DNA of 64,000 nucleotides from a candidate division WOR-3 bacterium (lineage in GTDB: Bacteria; Hydrothermota; 32-111). How positions within the stretch are numbered: the stretch's first letter is position 1; each line of letters opens with the position of its first letter. Below, piece after piece: positions 38,656 to 47,556 of the stretch. The notes beneath the pieces were generated by a model. It was not told the origin of the DNA. It made no database searches and worked only from the letters and a program-made list of their open reading frames with translations. The stretch covers positions 704,001 through 768,000 of the forward strand of contig JBDRZU010000001.1 of assembly GCA_039804105.1 (NCBI GenBank). Reading direction: 5' to 3'. The position numbers and the translations under genes are program-made.

Positions 38656-39861
38656 CTAACTTTTAAATATGAATCTTAACATTTCAAGAATCTTATCAAG
38701 AAAAACAAGATGCCCACCGGTTAACCATGAAATTATGAGAATGAAGAAATAAAGTGTGATCAAAATTATTATAAATCCTTTGAAATAATCTTGTGCTTTC
38801 AAAGTTCCAAGAAGAAGTGGCTCTCTAGAAAGGTAAGCACTTGCAGCGTAAAGTTCTTCTCCGATTATCGTGTAATCACATGAGGTAATAAAGAAAGGAA
38901 GTTGAGTAACAGCATCAGTACCTGCAATCTGAATAGCACCTGTTGTGTTTCCTGCTTCTGCCATGATAAGTGATTCTGCCCAAAACATTCCAAGTAAAAG
39001 GTTAGTTGCGGGTTTTTCTCTTGTCATTATACCAGAAACAGCGGCTGCGTATCCAAATTGGGAATCAGTTAAAAAGAAAATATCATTATCATTGTAAACA
39101 TCAGGTCTTCCCGCCTCTGAATAAGATTCCTTCACTACCTCTTTTGCAACAGTCATAACTATTGGGTCCCTGTTCGGAACGATCAGTTTTGTTTCATACT
39201 CTGCGATTTTTTTTGCAACTGGACCAAGGATGTTCAAAGAAGCGATCGTTGCTATATCTGACATTGTTGAAGACCCGGGAACATATAAAACGGGTCTTCC
39301 CATTTCGGTTGCTCTTCCAACCGCTTCATCGAGTGTGTCAAGTCCAGATATTTTTCTAACAAAAAGATCTTTTCCCTTTCTTACACTCTCAACAAGAAAA
39401 ACGATTATCGCCGTGTAAACTATTATCATCAAAAGTAATATGGTTTTTTCAGTTTTGAACAGGTTCGGTTTTGGAGATACTGAACCTGCGATCAAACATT
39501 TTTCAGATTCGTTACCTGAACTATCAGTTGTAGAAATATAGTATTCATATTTTTTCTGATATGATAACCCTTCATCAACTATCTTTACAGGAAAAGAGTT
39601 AAAGGTTTTTATGACTTTTAATGTCGTATCGTTTTCCTCTTTTCTGTAAAGTTTGAACATATAATTGTTACCTACAAGAATTTTCTGACAGGAAATTTCG
39701 AGTTTTGTTCCATCGTCGTCTCTCACATCCTTTATCGTGAACTCTTTTAAAATTGTTTGATCAACTTTCAAAACATTTTCATCTTTAACTGTTTCATTCT
39801 GAGAAAAAGATAACACAAACGATAGAAGTATTAAGATGAAAAATAAAGTTTTGTTTTTCAT
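38656..39861 (-). CDS. DUF6754-like protein with Fn3-like extracytoplasmic domain (module subunit A, copy 1)
   Basis: Signal peptide, Fn3-like 'VDEGL....KYEYYISTTDSSGNES', paralog of 35204..36493. Confidence 0.75.
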   Translation of the reverse strand: MKNKTLFFILILLSFVLSFSQNETVKDENVLKVDQTILKEFTIKDVRDDDGTKLEISCQKILVGNNYMFKLYRKEENDTTLKVIKTFNSFPVKIVDEGLSYQKKYEYYISTTDSSGNESEKCLIAGSVSPKPNLFKTEKTILLLMIIVYTAIIVFLVESVRKGKDLFVRKISGLDTLDEAVGRATEMGRPVLYVPGSSTMSDIATIASLNILGPVAKKIAEYETKLIVPNRDPIVMTVAKEVVKESYSEAGRPDVYNDNDIFFLTDSQFGYAAAVSGIMTREKPATNLLLGMFWAESLIMAEAGNTTGAIQIAGTDAVTQLPFFITSCDYTIIGEELYAASAYLSREPLLLGTLKAQDYFKGFIIILITLYFFILIISWLTGGHLVFLDKILEMLRFIFKS

Positions 39862-39871
39862 TTGACTCCTT

Positions 39872-40993
39872 TTATTCTTCGATTAATTCAACATTCGCTC
39901 TTGGAAGTATTATCCTTTTACCATCTTCGAATTCAAACTCAAGCACTCTAACATGTGCTTCGGTTTCGATTTTTTGTAACTGTGATGGAAGTCCAACTAC
40001 TCTTCCAATAGCACCAAAATATGGTTGCCTTATGATTCTTACTATAGAATTTATGTCCATTCCCATTTCAGCATGTTTTGATTCTTCAACAACGGTATCT
40101 ATATCATAGGTTACAATAACTTCAGGTCTCATAACACCAGCTCTTATCTGTGTTGCCCCATTTATTGAAGCTCTTTTTCCATCATTTTTTGAAAGTATTT
40201 CAAAAGTTTTCTTTGCCATCGTCATCTGACCAAAACCTTCTGTAACGATTACTGTGATTCCCTTCTCTTCTTGACCGGTTATTGCAACACCTATCTCTTC
40301 ACCAAGGAAATCTTTAAGATCCTTATCATCTATACCGCCAACGACTATTCCCAAAACACCTTTTTTTACACATTCATTCAAAACTTCACTCGTCACAAGA
40401 GAACCACCGATGACAATTTTTCCTTTGAGTTCATCTGTGATATCATTTTTTGTTAAAACATAGTCGGGTGATTTTGCAACAAGTTTCAACTCTCCCTTCA
40501 CTTCTCCACCGATTCCAAATATTCCCTGAATGAATGTAGCAGGTGTTTGAACAACTATTCCTTCATTCTCTATAACCTCTACAACTTTTCCGTTAACATA
40601 AGCATCTATTTCAACTTTTTTTGGTGGTTTCCTTAAAGTCAACATTCCTGTTATATCAGAATAGTTTTCAACTATTCCATCTATTGGTGAAGGAATAGAA
40701 GTTTTGAAAAGTCCAAAAAATCCTTTAGATTCTGCAATTATCTGATCTTTTTTTATATTTTCACCAACAGATACCTTTAAAAATGAAGATGCTTCTTTTG
40801 GTGGGACTCCAAGTTTTCCAGCAAGATTCAATCTTTCAACATCTCCAGGGAGTTCCGTTTTTGCAACTATATCATCTGCCTTTACTATATCTCCAACTTT
40901 TACAAGAACCTCTCCTTTTAAAGGTAATCTTCTTTCCTTTTTTACTATTGCTTTTTCAGTAACTTTTAAACCTGGTGTATATGAATGTGCCAT
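39872..40993 (-). CDS. Conserved hypothetical protein with barrel-sandwich-hybrid (biotinyl/lipoyl-like) motifs and KOW-like C-terminus
   Basis: LVKVGDIVKADDIVA, VSVGENIKKDQIIAE, SPIDGIV, VRIIRQPYFGAIGRV. Confidence 0.7.
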   Translation of the reverse strand: MAHSYTPGLKVTEKAIVKKERRLPLKGEVLVKVGDIVKADDIVAKTELPGDVERLNLAGKLGVPPKEASSFLKVSVGENIKKDQIIAESKGFFGLFKTSIPSPIDGIVENYSDITGMLTLRKPPKKVEIDAYVNGKVVEVIENEGIVVQTPATFIQGIFGIGGEVKGELKLVAKSPDYVLTKNDITDELKGKIVIGGSLVTSEVLNECVKKGVLGIVVGGIDDKDLKDFLGEEIGVAITGQEEKGITVIVTEGFGQMTMAKKTFEILSKNDGKRASINGATQIRAGVMRPEVIVTYDIDTVVEESKHAEMGMDINSIVRIIRQPYFGAIGRVVGLPSQLQKIETEAHVRVLEFEFEDGKRIILPRANVELIEE

Positions 40994-41004
40994 AATTCCT
41001 CCAT

Positions 41005-42798
41005 TTATTTCTCAGGATAGACATTTAACGCTTTAATCCATTTTTTTAACTTCTCTACCCTTTCATTATCATTTTCAGGCAGATTGAAAGGTCTTCTTCC
41101 CCTTGCATCAACTATAACCCCAACAACTCCACCTTCAAGTTCCGCTTCTATCTCTTTACCTTTACCATTTCCAAGATCGAGCCCTTTTGATGGAGTGATA
41201 ATCGCTTTCACCTTTTTGTTGAGTTCAAGTGGAATAACTCCCATATCTCCAAAATTGAAACTGTATTCTTTTCCTTCAAATTTTATTTTTACAGCTTCCT
41301 GCCCTTCTTTTATGTTTCCTATCGGTGCAATACATGAACCCAACCTTATCAAACAATCCTTTTCAAAAACTTCAGTTGCTGCCTGTTCATGGACTGTTGA
41401 CAGAACACCAAGTTGTGGCATCATGAATATTGAATCAACAGTTAACATCGTTATCCCTTCAGGTAAAAAAGCATCTATCATCATCAAAGCTGACTGCACT
41501 CTTCTTGGAGCATGAGAAAGAACACCACCTGAACCAACGATTAGATTCAGTGTCAGCATGTTCACAAGCGTTTCACCTGTACTCGTTTGTTCGAAAGCAT
41601 CGGAAATTGTTCTTTCCTTCTGGACTCCCTTTAAACCAACAGCCATCGTCTTATGTTGTTCTAATGCCAATCTTAATGCTTCTCTTGATATCGCCTGTTC
41701 TATCTGTAATTCATCAAGAGTTGATGGAATGGTTGTTGGTCTTATCATCTTATTTCTTATTCTGTTCCTCAAATCCTTTTCATCCATATGAAATGGAACC
41801 CATCTCATTATATTTTTTAAACCTGCTTCTTTCACAACATTTGATATAGAGTAACTCATTCCCAGGTTTGCTGAAACTGTTCTATTGAAAGTGTTTTGGA
41901 AATAGGAGAATACATCTGTTGTTGCTCCACCTATATCAACACCAAGAACTTCTATCTTATCCCTTTTACCAATCGTTTCTATCAAAAGTCCAACAGCACC
42001 AGGTGTTGGCATAATTGGTACATCAGTCATATCCATAAGTTTTTTGTATCCAGGTGCCTGAGCCATCACATGTTCCATAAAAAGATCATGTATCTTATCT
42101 CTTGCTGGCTTCAAATTTTCTTTTTCAAGTGTTGGTCTTAGATTTTCAACTATGTAAAGTGCTGTTTTCTTTTCAAGTCGTTCTTTTATTTCTTCAACAG
42201 CTTTATTGTTTCCAGCATATATAACAGGGAGTTTGTATCCAGCACCAAATCTTGGTTTCGGATCAGCTGCCTGTATAATCTCTGCGAGTTGAACAACATG
42301 TGTTATAGTCCCTCCGTCGGTTCCACCTGAAAGAAGTATCATATCGGGTCTTAAGGTTCTGATCCTTTTTATCCTCTCATGATCCATTCTCTTATCGTTT
42401 GTTGCTATAACATCCATCACTATTGAACCAGCACCGAGTGCTGCTCTTGCTGCTGATTCTGCTGACATTTTATCCACAACACCGGCAACCATCATCTGTA
42501 AACCACCACCTGCTGATGATGTTGAGATATAGATATCTACACCATCACCTTCTGCTTTCTCTCTCTTTATTATTTTGTCTCCATCAAGAATTTTTATCTC
42601 AGCAAGTTCTTCAACCTCTTTTATAGCGTTGAGAACACCTTTTGTAACATCCTCATAAGGTGCCTCAACCGTTGTTGGTGCTTCACCTCTAACTATCAAA
42701 CGATACTCATTATCTCTTTTCTCTATTAAAATAGCTTTAGTTGTGGTGGATCCACAATCGGTTGCAAGTATTCGTGTGATTTGATCCTTCTCTTTCAT
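41005..42798 (-). CDS. Glutamate mutase L (GlmL)-like ASKHA-fold ATPase
   Basis: Phosphate-1 motif LATDCGSTTTK, SSAGGGL, LLSGGTDGG, IMPTPGAV, phosphate-2 motif VDIGGATTDVFS. Confidence 0.85.
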   Translation of the reverse strand: MKEKDQITRILATDCGSTTTKAILIEKRDNEYRLIVRGEAPTTVEAPYEDVTKGVLNAIKEVEELAEIKILDGDKIIKREKAEGDGVDIYISTSSAGGGLQMMVAGVVDKMSAESAARAALGAGSIVMDVIATNDKRMDHERIKRIRTLRPDMILLSGGTDGGTITHVVQLAEIIQAADPKPRFGAGYKLPVIYAGNNKAVEEIKERLEKKTALYIVENLRPTLEKENLKPARDKIHDLFMEHVMAQAPGYKKLMDMTDVPIMPTPGAVGLLIETIGKRDKIEVLGVDIGGATTDVFSYFQNTFNRTVSANLGMSYSISNVVKEAGLKNIMRWVPFHMDEKDLRNRIRNKMIRPTTIPSTLDELQIEQAISREALRLALEQHKTMAVGLKGVQKERTISDAFEQTSTGETLVNMLTLNLIVGSGGVLSHAPRRVQSALMMIDAFLPEGITMLTVDSIFMMPQLGVLSTVHEQAATEVFEKDCLIRLGSCIAPIGNIKEGQEAVKIKFEGKEYSFNFGDMGVIPLELNKKVKAIITPSKGLDLGNGKGKEIEAELEGGVVGVIVDARGRRPFNLPENDNERVEKLKKWIKALNVYPEK

Positions 42799-43127
42799 TT
42801 ATCCTCCTTAATATCCTTCTTGTTTCTCTTATTTGTATTTTCAAATTCCTCAATATATTTTATTAGTTTCTCAACAGAATCTCTTTCTTCAAAAATCAAA
42901 GATGCTTCACGGTATTCAGATATGTTGAAAAATGTTAAAATAATTGGTTCCAAAAATATCATTATCTGAGCACTTATAAAATTCATAGGTTTTATCGATT
43001 CCAGAAACATTATCGCTGGAGCGGTTAATCCCCTTTTGACTATACTTACTGCAATCTTTTTTAGAATCTCCTCTTTTCTTTCAAGAGGTATCTCTTTCGG
43101 ACTTACAGGCTGAAAACTCTTATCCAT
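42795..43127 (-). CDS. Small conserved hypothetical protein
   Basis: KIA..IVKRGLTAPAIMFLESIKPMNFI. Overlaps both neighbours. Confidence 0.75.
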   Translation of the reverse strand: MDKSFQPVSPKEIPLERKEEILKKIAVSIVKRGLTAPAIMFLESIKPMNFISAQIMIFLEPIILTFFNISEYREASLIFEERDSVEKLIKYIEEFENTNKRNKKDIKEDK

Positions 43128-44571
43128 TATTTTCCCTATACCAGTTAACATAAAGATTTTTTAAAGCGTATATATCATCAGGTCTTGAAACTGGAGTGTT
43201 TGATGGAGCATTTTTAACTTTTTCGGGTTCATTTTTTGCTTCCTCATCTATTCTTTTCATCGCTTCGATAAAACCATCAAGAGTTTCTTTTGATTCAGTT
43301 TCTGTTGGTTCAATCATGATCGCCTCAGAAACTATAAGCGGGAAATAAACTGTTGGTGCATGGAATCCATAATCGAGCAGACGTTTTGCTATATCGAGTG
43401 TTGTTATATTGTAGTCCTTTTTATGCTTTCTTCCACTGAAAACGACCTCGTGCATCGTTTCTGTCTTATATGGTAAATCGTATATATCCTGAAGTTTTCT
43501 TTTTATATAGTTTGCATTCACTATCGCCATCTGAGTTGCTTCAGTAAGTCCATCTCTTCCCATTATTTTCAAATATGCCCATGCTCTCACCATTATGTTA
43601 ACATTACCATAAAAAGAATGCAATGAACCTATCGAGTTTTTAGGATAATCAAGGTAATATTTCCCATTTTCAAATTTCACAATGTATGGTGGTAAAAATT
43701 CTTTCAACTTTTCAACAACTGCAACACCACCAGCACCAGGTCCACCACCTCCATGTGGTGTCGAAAATGTTTTATGCAGATTCAGATGCAGAATATCAAA
43801 ACCTATTTTACCTGGTTTGACGATTCCCATCAAAGCGTTCATGTTTGCACCGTCCATATATATCAGGCCACCTTTACCATGAACTATTTCGGAAATCTTT
43901 TCTATTTTACTTTCAAAAATTCCTAAAGTGTTGGGATTCGTTATCATTATTCCTGCAGTATCTTCATCCATGTTTTTTTCAAGATCCTCAAGATCTATCT
44001 CTCCTGAACTGTCCGATTTGATCTGCACTGATCTAAATCCTGATAGAGTTGCTGAAGCAGGATTCGTTCCGTGTGCTGAATCTGGAATAAGAATTTTTGT
44101 TCTTTTTTCACCTTTACTTTTAAAGTAATCACTTATTATCATCATTCCAGCGAATTCTCCATGAGCACCTGCAACTGGCTGTAGAGAAATTCCATCAAAA
44201 CCTGTAACCTTCAAAAGCATATCCTGTAATTCATACATTATTTCAAGTATACCCTGAACATCCTCTTCATCCTGATATGGATGAAGTTTTGTAAATTTTG
44301 GATTTGAAGAGATCTCCTCATTTACAACAGGATTATATTTCATCGTACATGATCCTAACGGATAAAAACCTTTCTGAAGATGATGGTTTTTATTTGATAA
44401 CAAAACAAAATGTCTTAAAACATCAATTTCAGATACTACTGGTAGATTTAAATCCTGATTTCTAAGATTTTCCTTGATACAATCTGAAACCTCAATTGGG
44501 AAACTATTTTCAGGTAAAGAGACGATATTTGAATTTTCATCTGATAATTTAAATATCAATTTATCGTACAT
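43120..44571 (-). CDS. gcvPB: Glycine dehydrogenase (decarboxylating) subunit 2
   Basis: YPLGSCTMKYNP, QPVAGAHGE, SAHGTNPASA, PLP-lysine motif LNLHKTFSTPHGGGGPG, IEPTETESK. Confidence 0.97.
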   Translation of the reverse strand: MYDKLIFKLSDENSNIVSLPENSFPIEVSDCIKENLRNQDLNLPVVSEIDVLRHFVLLSNKNHHLQKGFYPLGSCTMKYNPVVNEEISSNPKFTKLHPYQDEEDVQGILEIMYELQDMLLKVTGFDGISLQPVAGAHGEFAGMMIISDYFKSKGEKRTKILIPDSAHGTNPASATLSGFRSVQIKSDSSGEIDLEDLEKNMDEDTAGIMITNPNTLGIFESKIEKISEIVHGKGGLIYMDGANMNALMGIVKPGKIGFDILHLNLHKTFSTPHGGGGPGAGGVAVVEKLKEFLPPYIVKFENGKYYLDYPKNSIGSLHSFYGNVNIMVRAWAYLKIMGRDGLTEATQMAIVNANYIKRKLQDIYDLPYKTETMHEVVFSGRKHKKDYNITTLDIAKRLLDYGFHAPTVYFPLIVSEAIMIEPTETESKETLDGFIEAMKRIDEEAKNEPEKVKNAPSNTPVSRPDDIYALKNLYVNWYRENNG

Positions 44572-44600
44572 AATCTGCTCCTTAAATTTTTTAAAGAATT

Positions 44601-44629
44601 ATTTTATATTATTAAGATAATAATGTCAA
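44601..44629 (-). promoter_or_regulatory. Putative sigma70 promoter of the gcvPB-GlmL operon
   Basis: TTGACA-17 bp-TAAAAT, then AAGGAG RBS. Confidence 0.7.
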
Positions 44630-44663
44630 CATTTTAATTTTTAAAAAAAGTAAAAAATTTTTA

Positions 44664-44691
44664 TTGAAAAAAAAATCGATTTTGTTATAAT
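44664..44691 (+). promoter_or_regulatory. Putative divergent sigma70 promoter
   Basis: TTGAAA-16 bp-(TGn)TATAAT, GGGAGG RBS before 44720. Confidence 0.7.
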
Positions 44692-44719
44692 CAATTCGGG
44701 GAAAATTTGGGAGGAAAAT

Positions 44720-45490
44720 ATGAAAAAAATCTTGATCACAATTCTTGTAATTATAACAGTTCAAGTGCTGTTCTCTTATGATTACTATTTACAAAACGAT
44801 GATGGAACTTTCAATTACTTCTGGTATGGGAATGTCAGAAGAGCATCAAAGTATTATGTTTCAGACACTTGTACCTTGAAAATGGTTTATTGGGGAAGAT
44901 ATACCAAACGAACAGAAATCGACACGATATTGATTTTTAACGACAATTCTGGTTTCCCTGGAAATGTGATTTACAGTGATACACATGCGGTAAACACTAA
45001 CAGCACACCTATGATAGTTTCAGATACAGTGTCAACCCAAGTGCTGGTATGCGGAACATTCTATGTGGGAATGTATGCGAGATGTCAGGATCAACCAGCA
45101 AACGCTTTGTGTTACTTTTTGTCAGATTCCACTCCTTCTTTTAAAACATTCTGGGATAGCACAGGAACATGGGTGGTTCAAACAAGAGGAGATTATATAA
45201 TTCATGCAAAAGTTTCTGGTCCATACGGTATAAGTTTAAGATTGTATGAAGAAAATATTCTTGGAGAAAAAGGAACAAAGAGTAATTTCAGTTTTCTTGT
45301 CAATGAAAATTCAGTTGTATTAAACAATATTAGAAGTTTTACTATAATAGATAAAAATGGAAGAAAAATACTCGATGGTATTTCAAAAAATGTTGTACTC
45401 GATTTAACAAAATTTAAAAGTGGTATTTATTTTCTTGTAGTAAAAGATCTACACAATCAAACACATAAAAAGAAGTTAATAAAATTCTAA
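44720..45490 (+). CDS. Secreted protein with T9SS type-A-like C-terminal sorting domain
   Basis: Signal peptide. C-terminal 'IIDKNGRKI...LDLTKFKSGIYFLVVK...KKLIKF'. Confidence 0.75.
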   Translation: MKKILITILVIITVQVLFSYDYYLQNDDGTFNYFWYGNVRRASKYYVSDTCTLKMVYWGRYTKRTEIDTILIFNDNSGFPGNVIYSDTHAVNTNSTPMIVSDTVSTQVLVCGTFYVGMYARCQDQPANALCYFLSDSTPSFKTFWDSTGTWVVQTRGDYIIHAKVSGPYGISLRLYEENILGEKGTKSNFSFLVNENSVVLNNIRSFTIIDKNGRKILDGISKNVVLDLTKFKSGIYFLVVKDLHNQTHKKKLIKF

Positions 45491-45532
45491 ATAAAATTCT
45501 CTTAATCAAAAATATTTAAAATTTACAATTGA

Positions 45533-45560
45533 GAAAACGCCCTCTAAAGAGGGCGTTTTC
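45533..45560. terminator. Intrinsic terminator hairpin between convergent genes
   Basis: GAAAACGCCCTC-taaa-GAGGGCGTTTTC. Confidence 0.75.
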
Positions 45561-45584
45561 GGGAGGGGGTTGAGGAAGATAGAA

Positions 45585-47501
45585 TTAGGGGATTATCGTT
45601 ATCTTTTTTGCACTTTTTTCAAAACCTGTTTGAAGAATCACGAGATATATCCCGGGAGAAACTTTATTTCCACTTGAACCTATATTTCCATTTAAAAAAG
45701 CACCGTTCAAATTTGGTACTCCGTTCCATTCAAAACCCCTGTTATAAACTCCAGGAAGTACATTTTCTTTTTCCGCATAATATACAAGTTTACCATCAAG
45801 TGTGTAAATGTATAACATAAGATTCGATATCTTTCTTTTGATCTCAAAAGGAATTATTAGAGTTCCCGTTTTTAAAGAATATGGATTTGGATAAGGGGGA
45901 AGTAATCTACTTGAATTTATCTCGTAAACATCCTCAGTGTCAGCATACATCACTGCTTTATAAAAATCTGGAACTCCATAACCAACGATCTGATTCGGGT
46001 ATTCTGAAAAATATGTTGTATCAGGTATCAAGGAAGCAAATGGCTTTTTTGCTGTTTTTGTTAGTGCCTCTTTCACTTTTGCAGGTGTCCAGTCAGGATG
46101 TGCCTGCAAAAGAAGAGCACAACCTGCACTCACGAGTGCAGTTGATCCACTCGTTCCAAGTATATAATTAAATGAGTTCGAACTATCAGATACAGTGTAA
46201 GGCCATTCAGCCAACGCAACAACTTCAGGTTTATATCTTTCAATTGTTGAATCAAGGTAAACATCATATGTCGGACCAGTCACAGAATATTGAGAATATA
46301 CCATCGAATCATCGACTCCACCAACAGTTAAAACAGAATATGCATCTGCGGGTGCAATGATTGAAGTATCAGCTCTATCGATACCAACATTCTGTAAATT
46401 CCCGATAGCGTTTACAACAAGTATTCCAAAAGAATCTGCCGCTATGTTCGCTGCCTTTGAAATTTTTGTTGAATCACCTGTCATAACAGAATATGGATAC
46501 CAATCCTTATATCCAACAGAACTTGAAATTATATCCGCTCCTAAAGAATCAGCCCATTCGACTGCTGCAATCCAGTTATCCTCTTCTGAAACGATTTCAG
46601 AATCTGCTATCTCAGTCTTCGCTATAATATAAGAAGCACCAAACGCTGGTGAAATCAACTCTCCCGAATAATAAGAAGCCATAAGACCAAGCATTTTGGT
46701 CCCGTGACTCAATTGGTTTATTTCATCAGGAGAACCACCATAAACTATTCCAGCAAAATCTTTGTTCTCAATAAAGTCATAGGATGCAATGATATTCACA
46801 TCCTTTAAAGCTCTATGAATAGGTTTACCTGTATATATAAAGGTTGTTTCAAAAGGTATTGAGGAAGAATCTATAACCATCGATGAATCTTTCAACATTA
46901 AAACACCTGTATCAAAAAGTGCGATTACAACATCTTTCCCGGTGTATCCTTTGTTGTGTAGAGTGTTAACATTCAACATTTTTATCTGATTATAAGAGTA
47001 ATCACCATAATAGTAAACATCATCGGTTTTAATATTTTTGAAACTTTTACTTTTCACAGCATCTTTTATAAGAAAATCTTTTTTCTTCTTTATTGAAGAT
47101 ACTGGTGATATCGATTTTACAAATGAAAGTTGTGACAATTTTTCTATATCCTCTTTTTCAACATAGATTGAAACAGCGTTAAGCCATTTTGAAACTTTTT
47201 CAACTTTATAACCTTTATTTTCGAGAATCGAAATATACTTTTGACTAACAGGAAGATCAAGATATCTGTACTCAGGTAGATTTTTGTTTCTTCTTCTCTT
47301 TTTCGATTTTTCAGTTACATAGGAAGTATTGCTTTTAAAATAATTAGCCATATTTTCTTTCGTGTTTATCCCCTTATCTTTAAAAAACACCCATACTTTC
47401 ACTTTGCCTGAAATTTTCGCTTCGTTTGAGAAAATGTTAATGGGAAATGAACAAAAAACAAAAACGAGAAAAATCAAAATGTATAAATAATTTTTTTTCA
47501 T
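45585..47501 (-). CDS. S8 (subtilisin-like) serine peptidase with C-terminal T9SS/FlgD-like domain
   Basis: Catalytic triad FDTG / SHGT / GTSGS, then PYPNPY...GIYLVIL...KKITII. Confidence 0.9.
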   Translation of the reverse strand: MKKNYLYILIFLVFVFCSFPINIFSNEAKISGKVKVWVFFKDKGINTKENMANYFKSNTSYVTEKSKKRRRNKNLPEYRYLDLPVSQKYISILENKGYKVEKVSKWLNAVSIYVEKEDIEKLSQLSFVKSISPVSSIKKKKDFLIKDAVKSKSFKNIKTDDVYYYGDYSYNQIKMLNVNTLHNKGYTGKDVVIALFDTGVLMLKDSSMVIDSSSIPFETTFIYTGKPIHRALKDVNIIASYDFIENKDFAGIVYGGSPDEINQLSHGTKMLGLMASYYSGELISPAFGASYIIAKTEIADSEIVSEEDNWIAAVEWADSLGADIISSSVGYKDWYPYSVMTGDSTKISKAANIAADSFGILVVNAIGNLQNVGIDRADTSIIAPADAYSVLTVGGVDDSMVYSQYSVTGPTYDVYLDSTIERYKPEVVALAEWPYTVSDSSNSFNYILGTSGSTALVSAGCALLLQAHPDWTPAKVKEALTKTAKKPFASLIPDTTYFSEYPNQIVGYGVPDFYKAVMYADTEDVYEINSSRLLPPYPNPYSLKTGTLIIPFEIKRKISNLMLYIYTLDGKLVYYAEKENVLPGVYNRGFEWNGVPNLNGAFLNGNIGSSGNKVSPGIYLVILQTGFEKSAKKITIIP

Positions 47502-47520
47502 AAAATTTTCTCCTTTAAAA

Positions 47521-47548
47521 ATCATAACAGAAGAATATAAAATTTCAA
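47521..47548 (-). promoter_or_regulatory. Putative promoter for S8 peptidase
   Basis: TTGAAA-16 bp-(TGn)TATGAT, AAGGAG RBS. Confidence 0.55.
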
Positions 47549-47556
47549 GAATATTT

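Noticed and set aside
33091..39861. Duplicated module as an assembly artefact
   Set aside because: The copies differ in length and have many synonymous and amino-acid differences.
41005..42798. Reading the 'MutL' family name as DNA mismatch repair, or inferring a glutamate mutase pathway
   Set aside because: The motifs are ASKHA/GlmL type, not GHKL. No mutase subunits are in the window.
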